From the NCBI GenBank assembly GCA_963756155.1, contig CAVWMQ010000008.1, positions 23,240 through 87,239 of the forward strand: 64,000 nucleotides of DNA, written 5' to 3'. Positions 1 through 9,943 of this stretch are shown piece by piece. The notes under the pieces were generated by a model. It worked only from the letters and a program-made list of their open reading frames with translations, did no database searches and was not told where the DNA came from. The stretch comes from an uncultured delta proteobacterium (GTDB lineage: Bacteria; Desulfobacterota; Binatia; Binatales; Binataceae). Both the position numbers and the translations under genes were made by a program. How positions within the stretch are numbered: the stretch's first letter is position 1; the number at the start of each line of letters is the position of its first letter.

Positions 1-384
1 CGTGATGCCCGCGATAAGCTCGACCCCCTCGGGCGCCATCTTCTGCACCGCGACGCCCTCGAACCTGGCAGCGGGCGCTTTGGCAGCGAGGTTGCGCTGG
101 ATGCGCTCGAACGCGGCGCGCACTTCGGACTCGGTGGCGAGTCCCAGCTCGACGCCACCCACCTCGGTCTTGTGGCTGACCTCGCGCGCGACCACCTTGA
201 GCACCGCCGGAAACCCGGCGCGCGCCGCGAGCGCGGCCGCTTCGTCGGCGGTGCGCGCCAGCTCCGGCATCGCGGTGTTAATTCCGAGCGTCGCGAGGAT
301 TCGCTTGGACTCGATTTCAGAAAGAGCGGTGCGCCGTTCAGACCTGGCGTCCGCGATTATTTGTTTTGCAATGGAGTCGCTCAC
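1..384 (-). CDS. ATP-grasp domain protein, ADP-forming acetyl-CoA synthetase / acyl-CoA synthetase beta-type; C-terminus beyond window start
   Basis: Reverse-strand translation from GTG at 384 gives VSDSIAKQIIADARSERRTALSEIESKRILATLGI...AVLKVVAREVSHKTEVGGVELGL...EGVAVQKMAPEGVELIAGI, the classic ATP-grasp_5 pattern of acetate--CoA ligase (ADP-forming). In-frame stop upstream at 457-459 fixes the start. The track ORF 2..550 (+) is its shadow. Confidence 0.5.
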   Translation of the reverse strand, partial: MSDSIAKQIIADARSERRTALSEIESKRILATLGINTAMPELARTADEAAALAARAGFPAVLKVVAREVSHKTEVGGVELGLATESEVRAAFERIQRNLAAKAPAARFEGVAVQKMAPEGVELIAGIT

Positions 385-461
385 GCTTGAGGCGTATAGC
401 AGAGCTTCAGCCGGTTTTGAAACCGCGCCGCTCGGAGGCTCCGTTGCCGCGCATCGTCAAA

Positions 462-1514
462 TTGCAACCGACCGTTTTCGTGACCCGGCCGATCGCGGAT
501 GCGGCGCTTGCAAAACTCGCCACCGCCGCATCGGTGGATTTGTGGAATAACGAGATGCCGCCGCCGCGCGCGGCGCTCCTGAAGCATCTCAGCGGCGCCG
601 ACGGCATCCTGAGCATGATCACCGACCGGCTCGACGCCGCCGCGATAGCGCGTGCGCCGAAGCTGAGGGTGATCAGCAACCTCGGCGTCGGCGTCGACAA
701 CATCGACCTCAAGGCCGCCACCAGGGCCGGAATCGTAGTCGGACACACGCCCGGCATCCTCACCCAGACCACCGCTGACCTCGCGTTCGCACTGCTGATG
801 GCGGCGGCCAGGCGTGTTGCCGAGGGCGATCGCTACGTGCGCGCCGGTCGATGGCGCACGTGGGGACCCAAGACGATGCTGGGACGCGACGTCCACGGCG
901 CGACACTGGGAATCATCGGATTTGGCGCGATCGGGCAGGCAGTGGCGCACCGCGGACTGGGATTCGGGATGCGGATTCTGTATTCGAGCCGCCGCTCCGG
1001 CCGCAGCAAAACCAACGGCATCGCTGACTCGGGCAAGTTTCGCTCCGCGTCATTGCCGCGGGCGGGGCGGCCGCTGCAGGTCTCGATGGACCGGCTCCTC
1101 AAGGAATCGGACTTCGTGTCGCTACACGTCCCGCTCACGGCGGCGACGCGTCACCTGCTGGGCGCGCGCGAGTTTGCGCGGATGAAGGCGGGCGCGATCC
1201 TGATCAACACGGCGCGCGGTGCGGTGATCGATCAGCGCGCGCTCGCCGATGCGCTCGGGTCGGGACATCTGGGCGGCGCCGGCCTGGACGTGACCGATCC
1301 GGAGCCGATCGAGCGCCGCGATGCGATTCTCGAGTTTGGCAATGTCGTGATCACGCCGCATATCGGGAGCGCCAGTATCGCGACCCGGGAGCGGATGGCG
1401 GCAATCGCGGTAGACAACATCCTCGCAGTCTTCGCCGGGCGCATGCCGCGATACTGCGCGAACGCGGACGTTAAGCCCGCGCGTTCGGTGATCGAGGCTA
1501 CGTACAAACAATAG
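462..1514 (+). CDS. D-isomer-specific 2-hydroxyacid dehydrogenase (glyoxylate/hydroxypyruvate reductase-like), NAD-binding
   Basis: Track ORF 366..1514; VFVTRP...VISNLGVGVDNIDLKAATRAGIVVGHTP...GIIGFGAIGQAVA Rossmann motif, HV catalytic region. Likely start TTG 462 (LQPTVFVTRP) rather than 366. Confidence 0.85.
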   Translation: MQPTVFVTRPIADAALAKLATAASVDLWNNEMPPPRAALLKHLSGADGILSMITDRLDAAAIARAPKLRVISNLGVGVDNIDLKAATRAGIVVGHTPGILTQTTADLAFALLMAAARRVAEGDRYVRAGRWRTWGPKTMLGRDVHGATLGIIGFGAIGQAVAHRGLGFGMRILYSSRRSGRSKTNGIADSGKFRSASLPRAGRPLQVSMDRLLKESDFVSLHVPLTAATRHLLGAREFARMKAGAILINTARGAVIDQRALADALGSGHLGGAGLDVTDPEPIERRDAILEFGNVVITPHIGSASIATRERMAAIAVDNILAVFAGRMPRYCANADVKPARSVIEATYKQ

Positions 1515-1707
1515 CAGCGCCGTCAAACGAAACGGATAACAGCAGCCGCCAAGCGGTCCTGAGACGGATGAACCGCCGCTACGGCCTCGCGGCAGAAGCG
1601 GCCATTCGCGCAACTATTCCGTCGGTCGAGCCACGTTTAAGGCTCGCAACGACGACGGGCACCTGGTTCCGAGGCCGCGCGGGCCGCGCACGACCCCGCC
1701 ACGGACC

Positions 1708-1881
1708 CTAGATATCGCTGTTTAAGTTGTTGACCTGCGTCGAGATATTGCTGCCCAGCGCCGTATAGGCGGCGAGCGCAACCACCGCGATTGCAGCCAG
1801 GATCAGCGCGTACTCGGTCATCGTCTGTCCGCGAGTCCAACGCCATCGATACTGAAGATAAAACCTGAGAAGGTTCATCAT
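1708..1881 (-). CDS. flp: Flp family type IVb pilin
   Basis: MMNLLRFYLQYRWRWTRGQTMTEYALILAAIAVVALAAYTALG: Flp motif (G/TEYALI hydrophobic stretch). AGGAGA RBS 5 nt upstream of ATG at 1881. Confidence 0.8.
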   Translation of the reverse strand: MMNLLRFYLQYRWRWTRGQTMTEYALILAAIAVVALAAYTALGSNISTQVNNLNSDI

Positions 1882-1969
1882 AGCTCTCCTCTCCCCGATA
1901 GGCATCCGGGCGGGGGCTCCAGCCCCCGCCGTTCGGACCCACGTCTTAGCTCAACCGGCGGCTCTATTT

Positions 1970-2140
1970 CTAGAGGTCTGTGTTGAGGGTATTCACCATG
2001 GACGAGATCTTGGAGCCCATGGTGGTGTAGGCCGCCAGAGCAACCACAGCGATCGCGGCCAGGATCAACGCGTATTCAGTCATGGTCTGACCGCGCTGAT
2101 ACTCTTTCACTTTGACGTAGCCTTTCGTGATGAGATCCAT
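1970..2140 (-). CDS. flp: Flp family type IVb pilin (second tandem copy)
   Basis: MDLITKGYVKVKEYQRGQTMTEYALILAAIAVVALAAYTTMG; GGAGAGG RBS upstream of ATG at 2140; paralog of the downstream copy. Confidence 0.8.
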   Translation of the reverse strand: MDLITKGYVKVKEYQRGQTMTEYALILAAIAVVALAAYTTMGSKISSMVNTLNTDL

Positions 2141-2641
2141 TTCGCTTACCTCTCCGCTGATGGGTCCGGGGTCCCCGGTGATTCCCATGTGTCCGTTTCT
2201 TGAGCCATTCCGGTCGTCGAGGACCGGGTTTCCACTCTCGCCTCTGTTCCGCTTGCTCCCGCTGCGCCCTGATCGTCTTGCTTATTCGGGCGGGTATGCA
2301 ATTTGTAGGAAAAGTCGTCTTGTCGTTAGCTTGCTTTGCTTCTTCTTTCTTACTCTGTGCCTTGGCTAGATACCCTTACCAACGCATGTGTAAATTTAGT
2401 CCACGCATTTTCTACTTGTGCTTAGCATATGTCAAGAGCGCTTTCTCCTCATCTTCTCGTTTTATCAGTCAATATCGCCTAAATTCCTCAGCAGGCGGGC
2501 GACGGGGGGTTGTCACACTGCAAGGTTAGCGCTATTGGAAAAATGTAGGGGCGACTAAACGAGTTAAGACGAGCTATTGCGACAGCCGAGAGCTGAAGAG
2601 AGGGAGCGACCGCACATAAGGTCGCAAGCAGAGAAAATCAA

Positions 2642-3376
2642 TCAGCAAGCAGTTGCAATAGCCTCAGAAAGGGTGAATCGACTTTCGTAAAGCGCGCGTC
2701 CGACGATTACGCCGACTACACCGCGATCAAAGCATACAGACAATTTGTATACATCGCTGAGCGTCGCCACTCCCCCCGACGCGATCATTGGCAACCTGGT
2801 CGCCATAGCGATCGCCGCCGTCGCGGCAGCGTCGACGCCGGATTCGGTGCCGTCGCGCGCGATGTCGGTGACGATCGCGGCGGCGACGCCAGCGTCGCGG
2901 AATCGGCGCGCGGCCTCCTCGACGCTAAGCTCGCTGGTCTCCACCCATCCCTTGACGGCGAGCCTTCCCGCGCGCGCATCGATCGAGCCGAAGACGCGCC
3001 CCGGGTATTCCGCGCAGGCCTCGGCGAGCAGTTCCGGCTTCAGGAACGCCGCCGATCCGATCGACACCCGGTCCGCCCCTGCCGCGATTATTCGCCGCAC
3101 CGATTCGAGGCTACGAAGACCGCCGCTCACGTCGAGCGCGCATCTCACCGCGGCCCGAATCGCGAGCACTGAATCGAGGTTGCGCGGCTCGCCCGCGATC
3201 GCGCCATCGAGGTCCACGATGTGAATCAACTGCGCGCCCTCGGTCTCGAAATGCCGCGCCGTCGCGGCCGGATCGTCGCCGTACACGGTCGCGCGGGCCA
3301 TCTCGCCGCGAAGGAGCCGGACGACCTGGCCGTTCTTCAGGTCAATCGAGGGAATTACGGTGAAGCTTTCGAACAA
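2642..3376 (-). CDS. hisA: 1-(5-phosphoribosyl)-5-[(5-phosphoribosylamino)methylideneamino]imidazole-4-carboxamide isomerase
   Basis: VIPSIDLKNGQVVRL...SGGLRS...ASGGV (beta/alpha)8 His biosynthesis signature; his operon context. Confidence 0.9.
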   Translation of the reverse strand: MFESFTVIPSIDLKNGQVVRLLRGEMARATVYGDDPAATARHFETEGAQLIHIVDLDGAIAGEPRNLDSVLAIRAAVRCALDVSGGLRSLESVRRIIAAGADRVSIGSAAFLKPELLAEACAEYPGRVFGSIDARAGRLAVKGWVETSELSVEEAARRFRDAGVAAAIVTDIARDGTESGVDAAATAAIAMATRLPMIASGGVATLSDVYKLSVCFDRGVVGVIVGRALYESRFTLSEAIATAC

Positions 3377-3400
3377 GCGCGACCATCTGGACGAGCGCGG

Positions 3401-4123
3401 CTAGGTGAGCGTCCCCTTGGTGGATAGGATGCCGGACACGCGCGGCTCCAGGGCCGTCGCCTGGTCCATCGCGCGCGCGAGCGCCTTGAACGCCGCCTCG
3501 ATTATGTGATGCGGGTTGCGGCCGCCGAGCAGCTTGAGATGCAGGTTCATCCCGACCTCGTCGCTCATCGCCTTCATGAAGTCGTGCACCAGCTCGGTCT
3601 GGAAGCTGCCGACGCGCTCCTGGCGAATCGGGAGATCGTATCCCAGATATGAGCGCCCGCTGATGTCGACCACGACGTTGCAGAGCGCTTCGTCCAGCGG
3701 CACCGTCGCCTCGCCGAAGCGCCGGATTCCCGAGCGGTCCCCGAGCGCCTGCCGGAACGCGCGGCCGAGCACGATGCCCACGTCCTCGACGGTATGATGC
3801 TCGTCGATATGGAGGTCGCCCTTCGCGTCGATCTTGAGATCGAAGAAGCCGTGGCGCGCGAAACTCTCGAGCATGTGATCGAGGAACGGGACGCCGGTGC
3901 GCGCCTCGCCGCGGCCGCTGCCGTCCAGGCGCAGCGATACCGTCACGGCGGTCTCGCGAGTCTTGCGATCAACGTCAGCGGCGCGACGCGGAGTGTTCGG
4001 CGGGTTTATCGCGACGACGCTGGCCCGCGAGCTCGCCTCGTCCTTCGCCGGCAATGCCCTCGCCTTCGCCGACGATGCGATGCGCTTGCGTGATGACGAT
4101 TTTGCTTTGCGCCTGCTCTGCAT
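3401..4123 (-). CDS. hisB: imidazoleglycerol-phosphate dehydratase
   Basis: KTRETAVTVSLRLDG...DHMLESFARHGFFDL...DEHHTVEDVGIVLG...HHIIEAAFKALARA motifs. The ORF has a roughly 55-aa K/R/S-rich N-terminal extension with no internal alternative start. Confidence 0.85.
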   Translation of the reverse strand: MQSRRKAKSSSRKRIASSAKARALPAKDEASSRASVVAINPPNTPRRAADVDRKTRETAVTVSLRLDGSGRGEARTGVPFLDHMLESFARHGFFDLKIDAKGDLHIDEHHTVEDVGIVLGRAFRQALGDRSGIRRFGEATVPLDEALCNVVVDISGRSYLGYDLPIRQERVGSFQTELVHDFMKAMSDEVGMNLHLKLLGGRNPHHIIEAAFKALARAMDQATALEPRVSGILSTKGTLT

Positions 4124-4125
4124 CT

Positions 4126-5484
4126 TTAGTCCCGCTCCCGCTGCGCGCTCCTGACCTTCTGTTTGTGGCCGGAGCCATCAGCAGCTTTCCCACGAATCCT
4201 CAGCTCCACCGCACGCGCGTGACCCTCTAGATCCTCCATCCGCGCCAGGTGCGCGACCGCCGGCCCCAGTTCCGCGACCGCGCTCATCGACGCCTCGATT
4301 ATACTGGTTCGTTTGAGGAAATCGTATGCACCCAGCGGCGAGGCGAAGCGGGCCGCGCCCCCGGTCGGAAGCACGTGATTAGGCCCCGCCAGGTAGTCGC
4401 CCAACGGCGCGGGCGTCAACGACCCCAGGAACACCGCACCCGCCGCACGGACCCGCGGGAGCCATCGCGACGGATTCTTGATCGCGAGCTCGAGATGCTC
4501 GGGCGCGATTTCATTGGCGAGGTCGAACGCCTCTTTGAGATCGTCAACGATCACGACCGCCCCGCGCTTGGCGAGTGCGCCCGCCACCGCCTTGGCGCGT
4601 GGCAGCGTCTTGAGCGCGCGCTCGACGCTGTCCACAACCGCCGCGCCCAGCCGCGCCGAGGTGGTCATCAGGATCGCCGCCTCGTCGCCGGAACCGTGCT
4701 CGGCCTGCGCGATCAGGTCGGCTGCCACCCAATCGGCGCGCGCGCTGTCGTCGGCTATCACCAACACTTCGCTCGGCCCGGCCATCTTGTCGATATCGAC
4801 CACGCCGTAAACCTGGCGCTTGGCGGCCTGCACCCACGCGTTACCGGGCCCGACGATCTTGTCGACCGGCCGAATCTGCTCTGTTCCATAGGCGAGTGCC
4901 GCGACTGCCTGCGCGCCGCCGACGCGATAGTACTCGTCGACTCCCGCCAGCGCCGCCGCTGCGAGCACTGACAGGCGCTCGCCGCTGCGGGCCGGCGGCG
5001 AGACCATCACGACTTCCTCGACGCCGGCGACTTTGGCGGGTATTGCGTTCATCAGCACCGTCGATGGATACGCGCCCGCGCCGCCGGGAACGTAAATTCC
5101 GACCCGCTTCAGCGGCTGGACGATTTGTCCCAGCCGCATGCCGGCGCGGTCAGAGAAAATGAAGGATTGGTCCATCGTGCGCCGATGGAACGACGCAATT
5201 CGGCGTGCGGCCAGGTCGAGCGCCTGGCGATCCGCCTCTGGCAGCCGCTCGCGCGCGGCGTGAAGCTCGGCCGGGTTAACCCGCAGCTTCGATGGCGCGA
5301 GCGTGACGTGATCGAACTGACTGGTGAACTTAATCAGCGCGCGATCGCCGCTGCGGCGCACTTCGGCGATTATATCTGCGACCTTGGCCTCGATTGCGCT
5401 GTCGCTGCCGCCGCGCCGCTCGCCTATCGCGGTCAGGAAACGGCTGAGCTCGGGGCTCCCGGACTTCAGAATGCGGAGCTTCAT
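4126..5484 (-). CDS. hisD: histidinol dehydrogenase
   Basis: 452 aa; ...GIYVPGGAGAYPSTVLMNAIPAKVAGV...AQAEHGSGDEAAIL...GDYLAGPNHVLPTGGAARF typical HisD. Confidence 0.9.
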   Translation of the reverse strand: MKLRILKSGSPELSRFLTAIGERRGGSDSAIEAKVADIIAEVRRSGDRALIKFTSQFDHVTLAPSKLRVNPAELHAARERLPEADRQALDLAARRIASFHRRTMDQSFIFSDRAGMRLGQIVQPLKRVGIYVPGGAGAYPSTVLMNAIPAKVAGVEEVVMVSPPARSGERLSVLAAAALAGVDEYYRVGGAQAVAALAYGTEQIRPVDKIVGPGNAWVQAAKRQVYGVVDIDKMAGPSEVLVIADDSARADWVAADLIAQAEHGSGDEAAILMTTSARLGAAVVDSVERALKTLPRAKAVAGALAKRGAVVIVDDLKEAFDLANEIAPEHLELAIKNPSRWLPRVRAAGAVFLGSLTPAPLGDYLAGPNHVLPTGGAARFASPLGAYDFLKRTSIIEASMSAVAELGPAVAHLARMEDLEGHARAVELRIRGKAADGSGHKQKVRSAQRERD

Positions 5485-5493
5485 CCGGACTCG

Positions 5494-6750
5494 TTATTCT
5501 TTGACCCGCTGGATGCGAGCGCCGAGCGCGCCAAGCTTCTGATCGAGCGCCTCGTAGCCGCGATCTAGATGGTACACGCGGCTGATCTCGGTGGTCTTGT
5601 CGGCCGCCAGTCCGGCGAGAATCAGGCTCATGCTCGCGCGGAGGTCGGTGGCCATCACGGGCGCGCCGGAGAGCTTGCTGGGCCCGCGCACCACGGCGGT
5701 CGAGCCCTTCATCACGATGTCCGCGCCCATCCGGGCCAGCTCGAGTGCATGCATGAAGCGATTTTCAAAAATGGTCTCGGTTATGACCGAGGTGCCCGCC
5801 GCCTGCGTCAGCAACGCCATCATCTGCGCCTGCAAATCGGTCGGGAAGCCTGGATATGGAAGCGTGCGCAGCTCGACCGGGTTCAATTTGCCGTTGCGGC
5901 GCACGCGCACATCGCCGTTGTTGGCGGCGACGTCGACGCCCGACTCGGTGAGCTTCGAGACGACGGCTTCCAGATGTCTTAGCGGCGCGTTTTTAATCGT
6001 GACGTCGCCGCCACTGATCGCCGCCGCGACCATCAGCGAGCCGGCCTCGATACGGTCGGGAATGACTTCGTGCTCGCATCCGTGGAGGCGATCGACGCCG
6101 TCGATTTCGATCACATGCGTGCCCGCACCAGAGATCTTCGCGCCCATCGAGCAGAGCATCTGCGCGAGGTCGACGATTTCCGGCTCGCGCGCCACGTTTT
6201 CGATTTGCGTGTGTCCGCGCGCGCGCACCGCGGCCATCATGATATTTTCGGTCGCTCCAACCGAGGGATTGTCGAGCCACAGGCGCGCGCCGCGCAGGCG
6301 CTTCGCACGCGCCTCGACATAGCCGTTCTTGAGCTGGATCTTGGCGCCCAGCGCGCGCATCCCGGTGACGTGCAGGTTGACCGGGCGCACCCCGATGGTA
6401 TCGCCACCGGGCGTCGCGACCTGCGCGCGGCCTTCGCGCGCGAGCAGAGGACCCAGCACCAGGAACGACGCGCGCATCGTCTTGACCAGGTTGTACGGGG
6501 CCACCGGAGTCCGGATCGCGCTCGCGCGCACCTCGACCTCGTTGTCGCCGCACCAGCGTGCGTCGGCGCCGAGCTCGCCCAGCAGGGCAAGCGTGGTGGT
6601 CACGTCGCGCAGGCGCGGGACGTTGATCACGCGGACCGGCTCGTCGGTCAGCAGCGCGGCAATCAGGATCGGCAGCGCGGTGTTCTTGCTGCCGCTGACC
6701 GCGACGGTGCCCCGGAGCGGCACTCCGCCGCGGATGATCATTTTGTCCAT
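5494..6750 (-). CDS. murA: UDP-N-acetylglucosamine 1-carboxyvinyltransferase
   Basis: MDKMIIRGGVPLRGTVAVSGSKNTALPILIAALL... full-length EPSP-synthase fold, MurA signature. Confidence 0.92.
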   Translation of the reverse strand: MDKMIIRGGVPLRGTVAVSGSKNTALPILIAALLTDEPVRVINVPRLRDVTTTLALLGELGADARWCGDNEVEVRASAIRTPVAPYNLVKTMRASFLVLGPLLAREGRAQVATPGGDTIGVRPVNLHVTGMRALGAKIQLKNGYVEARAKRLRGARLWLDNPSVGATENIMMAAVRARGHTQIENVAREPEIVDLAQMLCSMGAKISGAGTHVIEIDGVDRLHGCEHEVIPDRIEAGSLMVAAAISGGDVTIKNAPLRHLEAVVSKLTESGVDVAANNGDVRVRRNGKLNPVELRTLPYPGFPTDLQAQMMALLTQAAGTSVITETIFENRFMHALELARMGADIVMKGSTAVVRGPSKLSGAPVMATDLRASMSLILAGLAADKTTEISRVYHLDRGYEALDQKLGALGARIQRVKE

Positions 6751-6765
6751 CGTGAAACTTGTCCG

Positions 6766-7756
6766 CTAACGCCGGGCGCGTACGACGCGCGGGATAGCAT
6801 CGAGATCATTTATCATACTCGTGCGGCGCAATCCCGCATCGGCCAAGCCCCCAGTCAGAATCGCGGCAACGGCGGCGGCCTGCCCTGCCCCGACTTCGAC
6901 GATAACTTCGTCGTCGCTGCCGCCCTCCAAATGCACCCCCGCGCCGCTCGCGATGGCGCGGAAGAAGTCGAGTCCGTCGCGTCCGCCGGCAAGCGCAATC
7001 TCGGGCTCGTATAGCCGGATATCGGGATCGAGGCGCTCGCGGCCTGCGTCGTCGATATAGGGCGGATTGGAGATGATGATATCGAAGCGTCCGAGCGGCG
7101 CGCCACCGTCGGTAACGGCGAAGAGGTCGGCGCGGCGGAACTCGATTCGCGCCGCCAAGTCATGGCGAGCCGCATTGCGGCCGGCCACCGCGAGTGCTGC
7201 GGCCGAGATATCGGTCGCGACGATGCGCGCGCGCGGCGCATGCACCGCGAGCGCGACCGTGATCGCGCCCGAGCCGGTGCCGATTTCGAGAACCCGCACC
7301 TCGGGCTTGTGCACGGACACCGCCGCGACCGCGTCGAGCGCCACGGTCACGAGGGTCTCCGTATGCGGCCTGGGAATGAGGACCGCGGGATTGACTTCAA
7401 GGTCGAGCGAGTAAAATTCCTTGTGCCCGACGATGTAAGCGACCGGCTCGCGCGCGACGCGGCGCGCGAGCATCTGCTCGAAGCGCTCGCGCTGCTCGGG
7501 CGACAGTGGCGATGCGGGCTCGCGCGGCGAGCCCGCATGCGCCGCGCCCGACCTCGCGCTGCTCGCCGGCTGGCGCGCCCGCGCGCGCAGAGCTGGCCGG
7601 CAGGATGCCGGCCAGCACCTGCGCGCGCGTCGCGCCGGTGGCGGCGCCAAGCAGCACCTCGGCGTCCAGCCGCGGAGACTCGACGCCTGCGGCCTCAAGT
7701 CTCCGCGCCGCCGCATCGAGTAGTGCGGCCACGGAGGATCTCTGCTCAGCGGTCAT
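6766..7756 (-). CDS. prmC: peptide chain release factor N(5)-glutamine methyltransferase (PrmC/HemK), apparently frameshifted
   Basis: N-terminal HemK region (MTAEQRSSVAALLDAAARRLEAAGVESPRLDAEVLL...) in track ORF 7397..7756. Methyltransferase core (PLSPEQRERFEQMLARRVAREPVAYIVGHKEFYSL...LEIGTGSGAI...NPPY) in ORF 6766..7716, a different frame. The switch lies around 7520-7590. Confidence 0.7.
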
Positions 7757-8065
7757 CTGATTAGCTACCTGCGGCTATTCCCGATTCGCGTTCTTGCAGG
7801 AATGTATGTTTCCAATCGATATCCGGCCGTCGAGCTGTCAACTTGCCTTCCTTTGATAGCTGCCACGACGTGAGCCCGAAGCGATCCGCGTTCTTGGAGA
7901 GTACGTAACCGGGGTGCAGGCTGCCAGCGCTGACGATGCTCCGACTTTTGAGAGAAGCGCCTCAAGGTTCGGCTTCGGACCCCAGGAATTCTGATTTTTG
8001 GGCTTGCAATTGGCACACCATTTCTACTACCGTGGGTAATACTACTGGTGTGGAGGAAACTCGCC

Positions 8066-8290
8066 ATGAGCGTTGCAAAATTATCGGTCTCACTTCCCGA
8101 CTCGCTGGCCGGGTTTGTCGAGGGTTATCGCAAAAAGCGCGGCCTGAAGAGCCGCTCCCAGGTCTTCGAGGAAGCGCTCAAGCTGCTCAGAAGCCAAGAG
8201 TTGGAGGCAGCTTACCGGGAGGCGGACTCCAAACACGACAAGGCCTGGGACAATGCGCTGTCGGACGGGCTGAGCGATGAGACGTGGTGA
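8066..8290 (+). CDS. type II antitoxin, ribbon-helix-helix/MazE-like
   Basis: MSVAKLSVSLPDSLAGFVEGY...RSQVFEEALKLL; GGAGGA RBS 8 nt upstream of ATG 8066; overlaps the downstream toxin by 14 nt. Confidence 0.6.
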   Translation: MSVAKLSVSLPDSLAGFVEGYRKKRGLKSRSQVFEEALKLLRSQELEAAYREADSKHDKAWDNALSDGLSDETW

Positions 8291-8612
8291 AATATACTAC
8301 GCCGACCTGGGCCCTACGATCGGCTCCGAGATCAACAAACGCCGGCCGGTGCTGATTGTCAGCAACGAAGCGAATAATCGTGCCGCGAGCACGGTGACCA
8401 TCCTGCCAATCACCTCCAATGTGAGCCGGATATATCCCTTCGAGATTCCACTTTCGCCAAGAGACAGCGGCTTACCCAGACCTTCGAAGGCACAGGCGCA
8501 GCAGATTCGCACCATCTCCAAGGAACGCATCCGAGGCGATGCGGTGGCGCGACTCGGGGCGATCCCGATGCGCAAGGCGGCCGATGCGATGCGTCTTCAT
8601 CTAGACCTGTAG
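8277..8612 (+). CDS. mazF: type II toxin, MazF/PemK family endoribonuclease
   Basis: MRRGEIYYADLGPTIGSEINKRRPVLIVSNEANN...VTILPITS: canonical PemK/MazF motif. Confidence 0.8.
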   Translation: MRRGEIYYADLGPTIGSEINKRRPVLIVSNEANNRAASTVTILPITSNVSRIYPFEIPLSPRDSGLPRPSKAQAQQIRTISKERIRGDAVARLGAIPMRKAADAMRLHLDL

Positions 8613-8722
8613 GAGCGCGCCGGAGAGCGCGGCGCATCTTGCTGGAACAAGTTCCCCCAAACACCTCCGATCCTGCCTTGCCCACCGAGCGGCGGCTATC
8701 GGACGGACTGCGAGGAATCACT

Positions 8723-8749
8723 CACTGAAACCTCAGCGAGGTTTCAGTG
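8723..8749. repeat. palindromic hairpin element (GAAACCTC family)
   Basis: cactgaaacctc-agc-gaggtttcagtg, 12-bp perfect stem. Arms identical to the core of the 61718..61765 palindrome. A related gaaaccc-gagt-gggtttc hairpin lies at 8776..8793. Confidence 0.5.
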
Positions 8750-8891
8750 CTCGCTCCGGGCCGAAAGGGAAGCGTGAAACCCGAGTGGGTTTCGTTGGGC
8801 TTAGATTAAAGTGCATGCATCATACTGATGCATTTGCGGATTAACGGTAGAAGGTAATCTTCGGGTCGCGAAGACGGTCGCTGCTCCTTCT

Positions 8892-9878
8892 TCACACGTG
8901 CGGGATTACTTCCTCGCCGAGGCGGCGGATGTCTTTCTCGCCCATTCCCATTGCGGTGCTGAAAATAAATTGGGAAATGTTCCATTCTTTGGCGCGGCGT
9001 TTCAGCTCGACGATGCACTGCTCGGGCGTGCCGATCAGCGCCAGCGCCGACTGGAGTATCGACTCGGGGCTGAGCTGGAACATCGGCGCCATCATTTCGG
9101 CGGTGCTGCGCGCGGCGGCCGGCGAATCAGCGATCACGGGGGCAAAGATGATGTTGCTAAACTTGATCGAGTTCGGATCGCGGCCCAGGCGTTTCGCTTC
9201 CTCGCGCGCGAAGCTCACCCGCCCTTGGAACGCCTCGCTGGTCATGCGGCTGACATTCTCGACGGAGAATTTCCCGGGCTTGCCCGCGTCAGGAATGATG
9301 TTGATGTAGTCGGCGTAGCGCGCCGCGATCCGGAGCAAGCCATTGCCACTGCCCCCGATGATTATCGGCGGATGCGGTTTCTGGAGCGGCTTGGGCCACA
9401 GAATTGCGTCGCGGAGATGATAGTACTTGCCCTCGAAGGTGGTCTTCTCATTGCTCCACAGCGAAGTGATGCAGGCCAGCGATTCATCCAGCATCTCGAG
9501 CCGTTCGCGGATCGGCGGAAACGGTATGCCGGTCATCCGGAACTCGGTCTCAGTCCATCCGGTGCCAAGGCCAGCGACCAGCCGGCCGCCGCTCAGATGA
9601 TCCAGCGTCACCAGGCTTTGCGCCGTGATCGCCGGATGGCGGAACAAATTGCACAGTACCAGGTGACCGATGCGGATCTTTTTGGTGGCGTCGGCGACGG
9701 TGGCGGCAATGACGATCGGATCGTAGGCCAGCGCGTGCGGATCGAACTGCTTCTCGGGACCCTCCAGCACGATGTGATCGGGGAACACGACCAGATCGTA
9801 CTTGAGCCCTTCGGCCGCCTGCGCCAGAGCGCGGAACCGGGCGGGTTCCATGTTAAACAGTTGAACTCCGAACTCCAT
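8892..9878 (-). CDS. LLM-class flavin-dependent oxidoreductase (luciferase-like monooxygenase)
   Basis: 328 aa; TIM-barrel LLM pattern ...DHLSGGRLVAGLGTGW...HPPIIIGGSG... Confidence 0.8.
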   Translation of the reverse strand: MEFGVQLFNMEPARFRALAQAAEGLKYDLVVFPDHIVLEGPEKQFDPHALAYDPIVIAATVADATKKIRIGHLVLCNLFRHPAITAQSLVTLDHLSGGRLVAGLGTGWTETEFRMTGIPFPPIRERLEMLDESLACITSLWSNEKTTFEGKYYHLRDAILWPKPLQKPHPPIIIGGSGNGLLRIAARYADYINIIPDAGKPGKFSVENVSRMTSEAFQGRVSFAREEAKRLGRDPNSIKFSNIIFAPVIADSPAAARSTAEMMAPMFQLSPESILQSALALIGTPEQCIVELKRRAKEWNISQFIFSTAMGMGEKDIRRLGEEVIPHV

Positions 9879-9943
9879 TTGCGCCTCCTCACGGCTGATT
9901 GGAATGTCAGCGGATGACGAAGTGGAAACTTGACCGGGAAATT

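Noticed and set aside
2-550. 182-aa plus-strand ORF at the window start
   Set aside because: Low-complexity Ala/Arg/Ser-rich shadow of the minus-strand ATP-grasp gene, which has a clear family signature.
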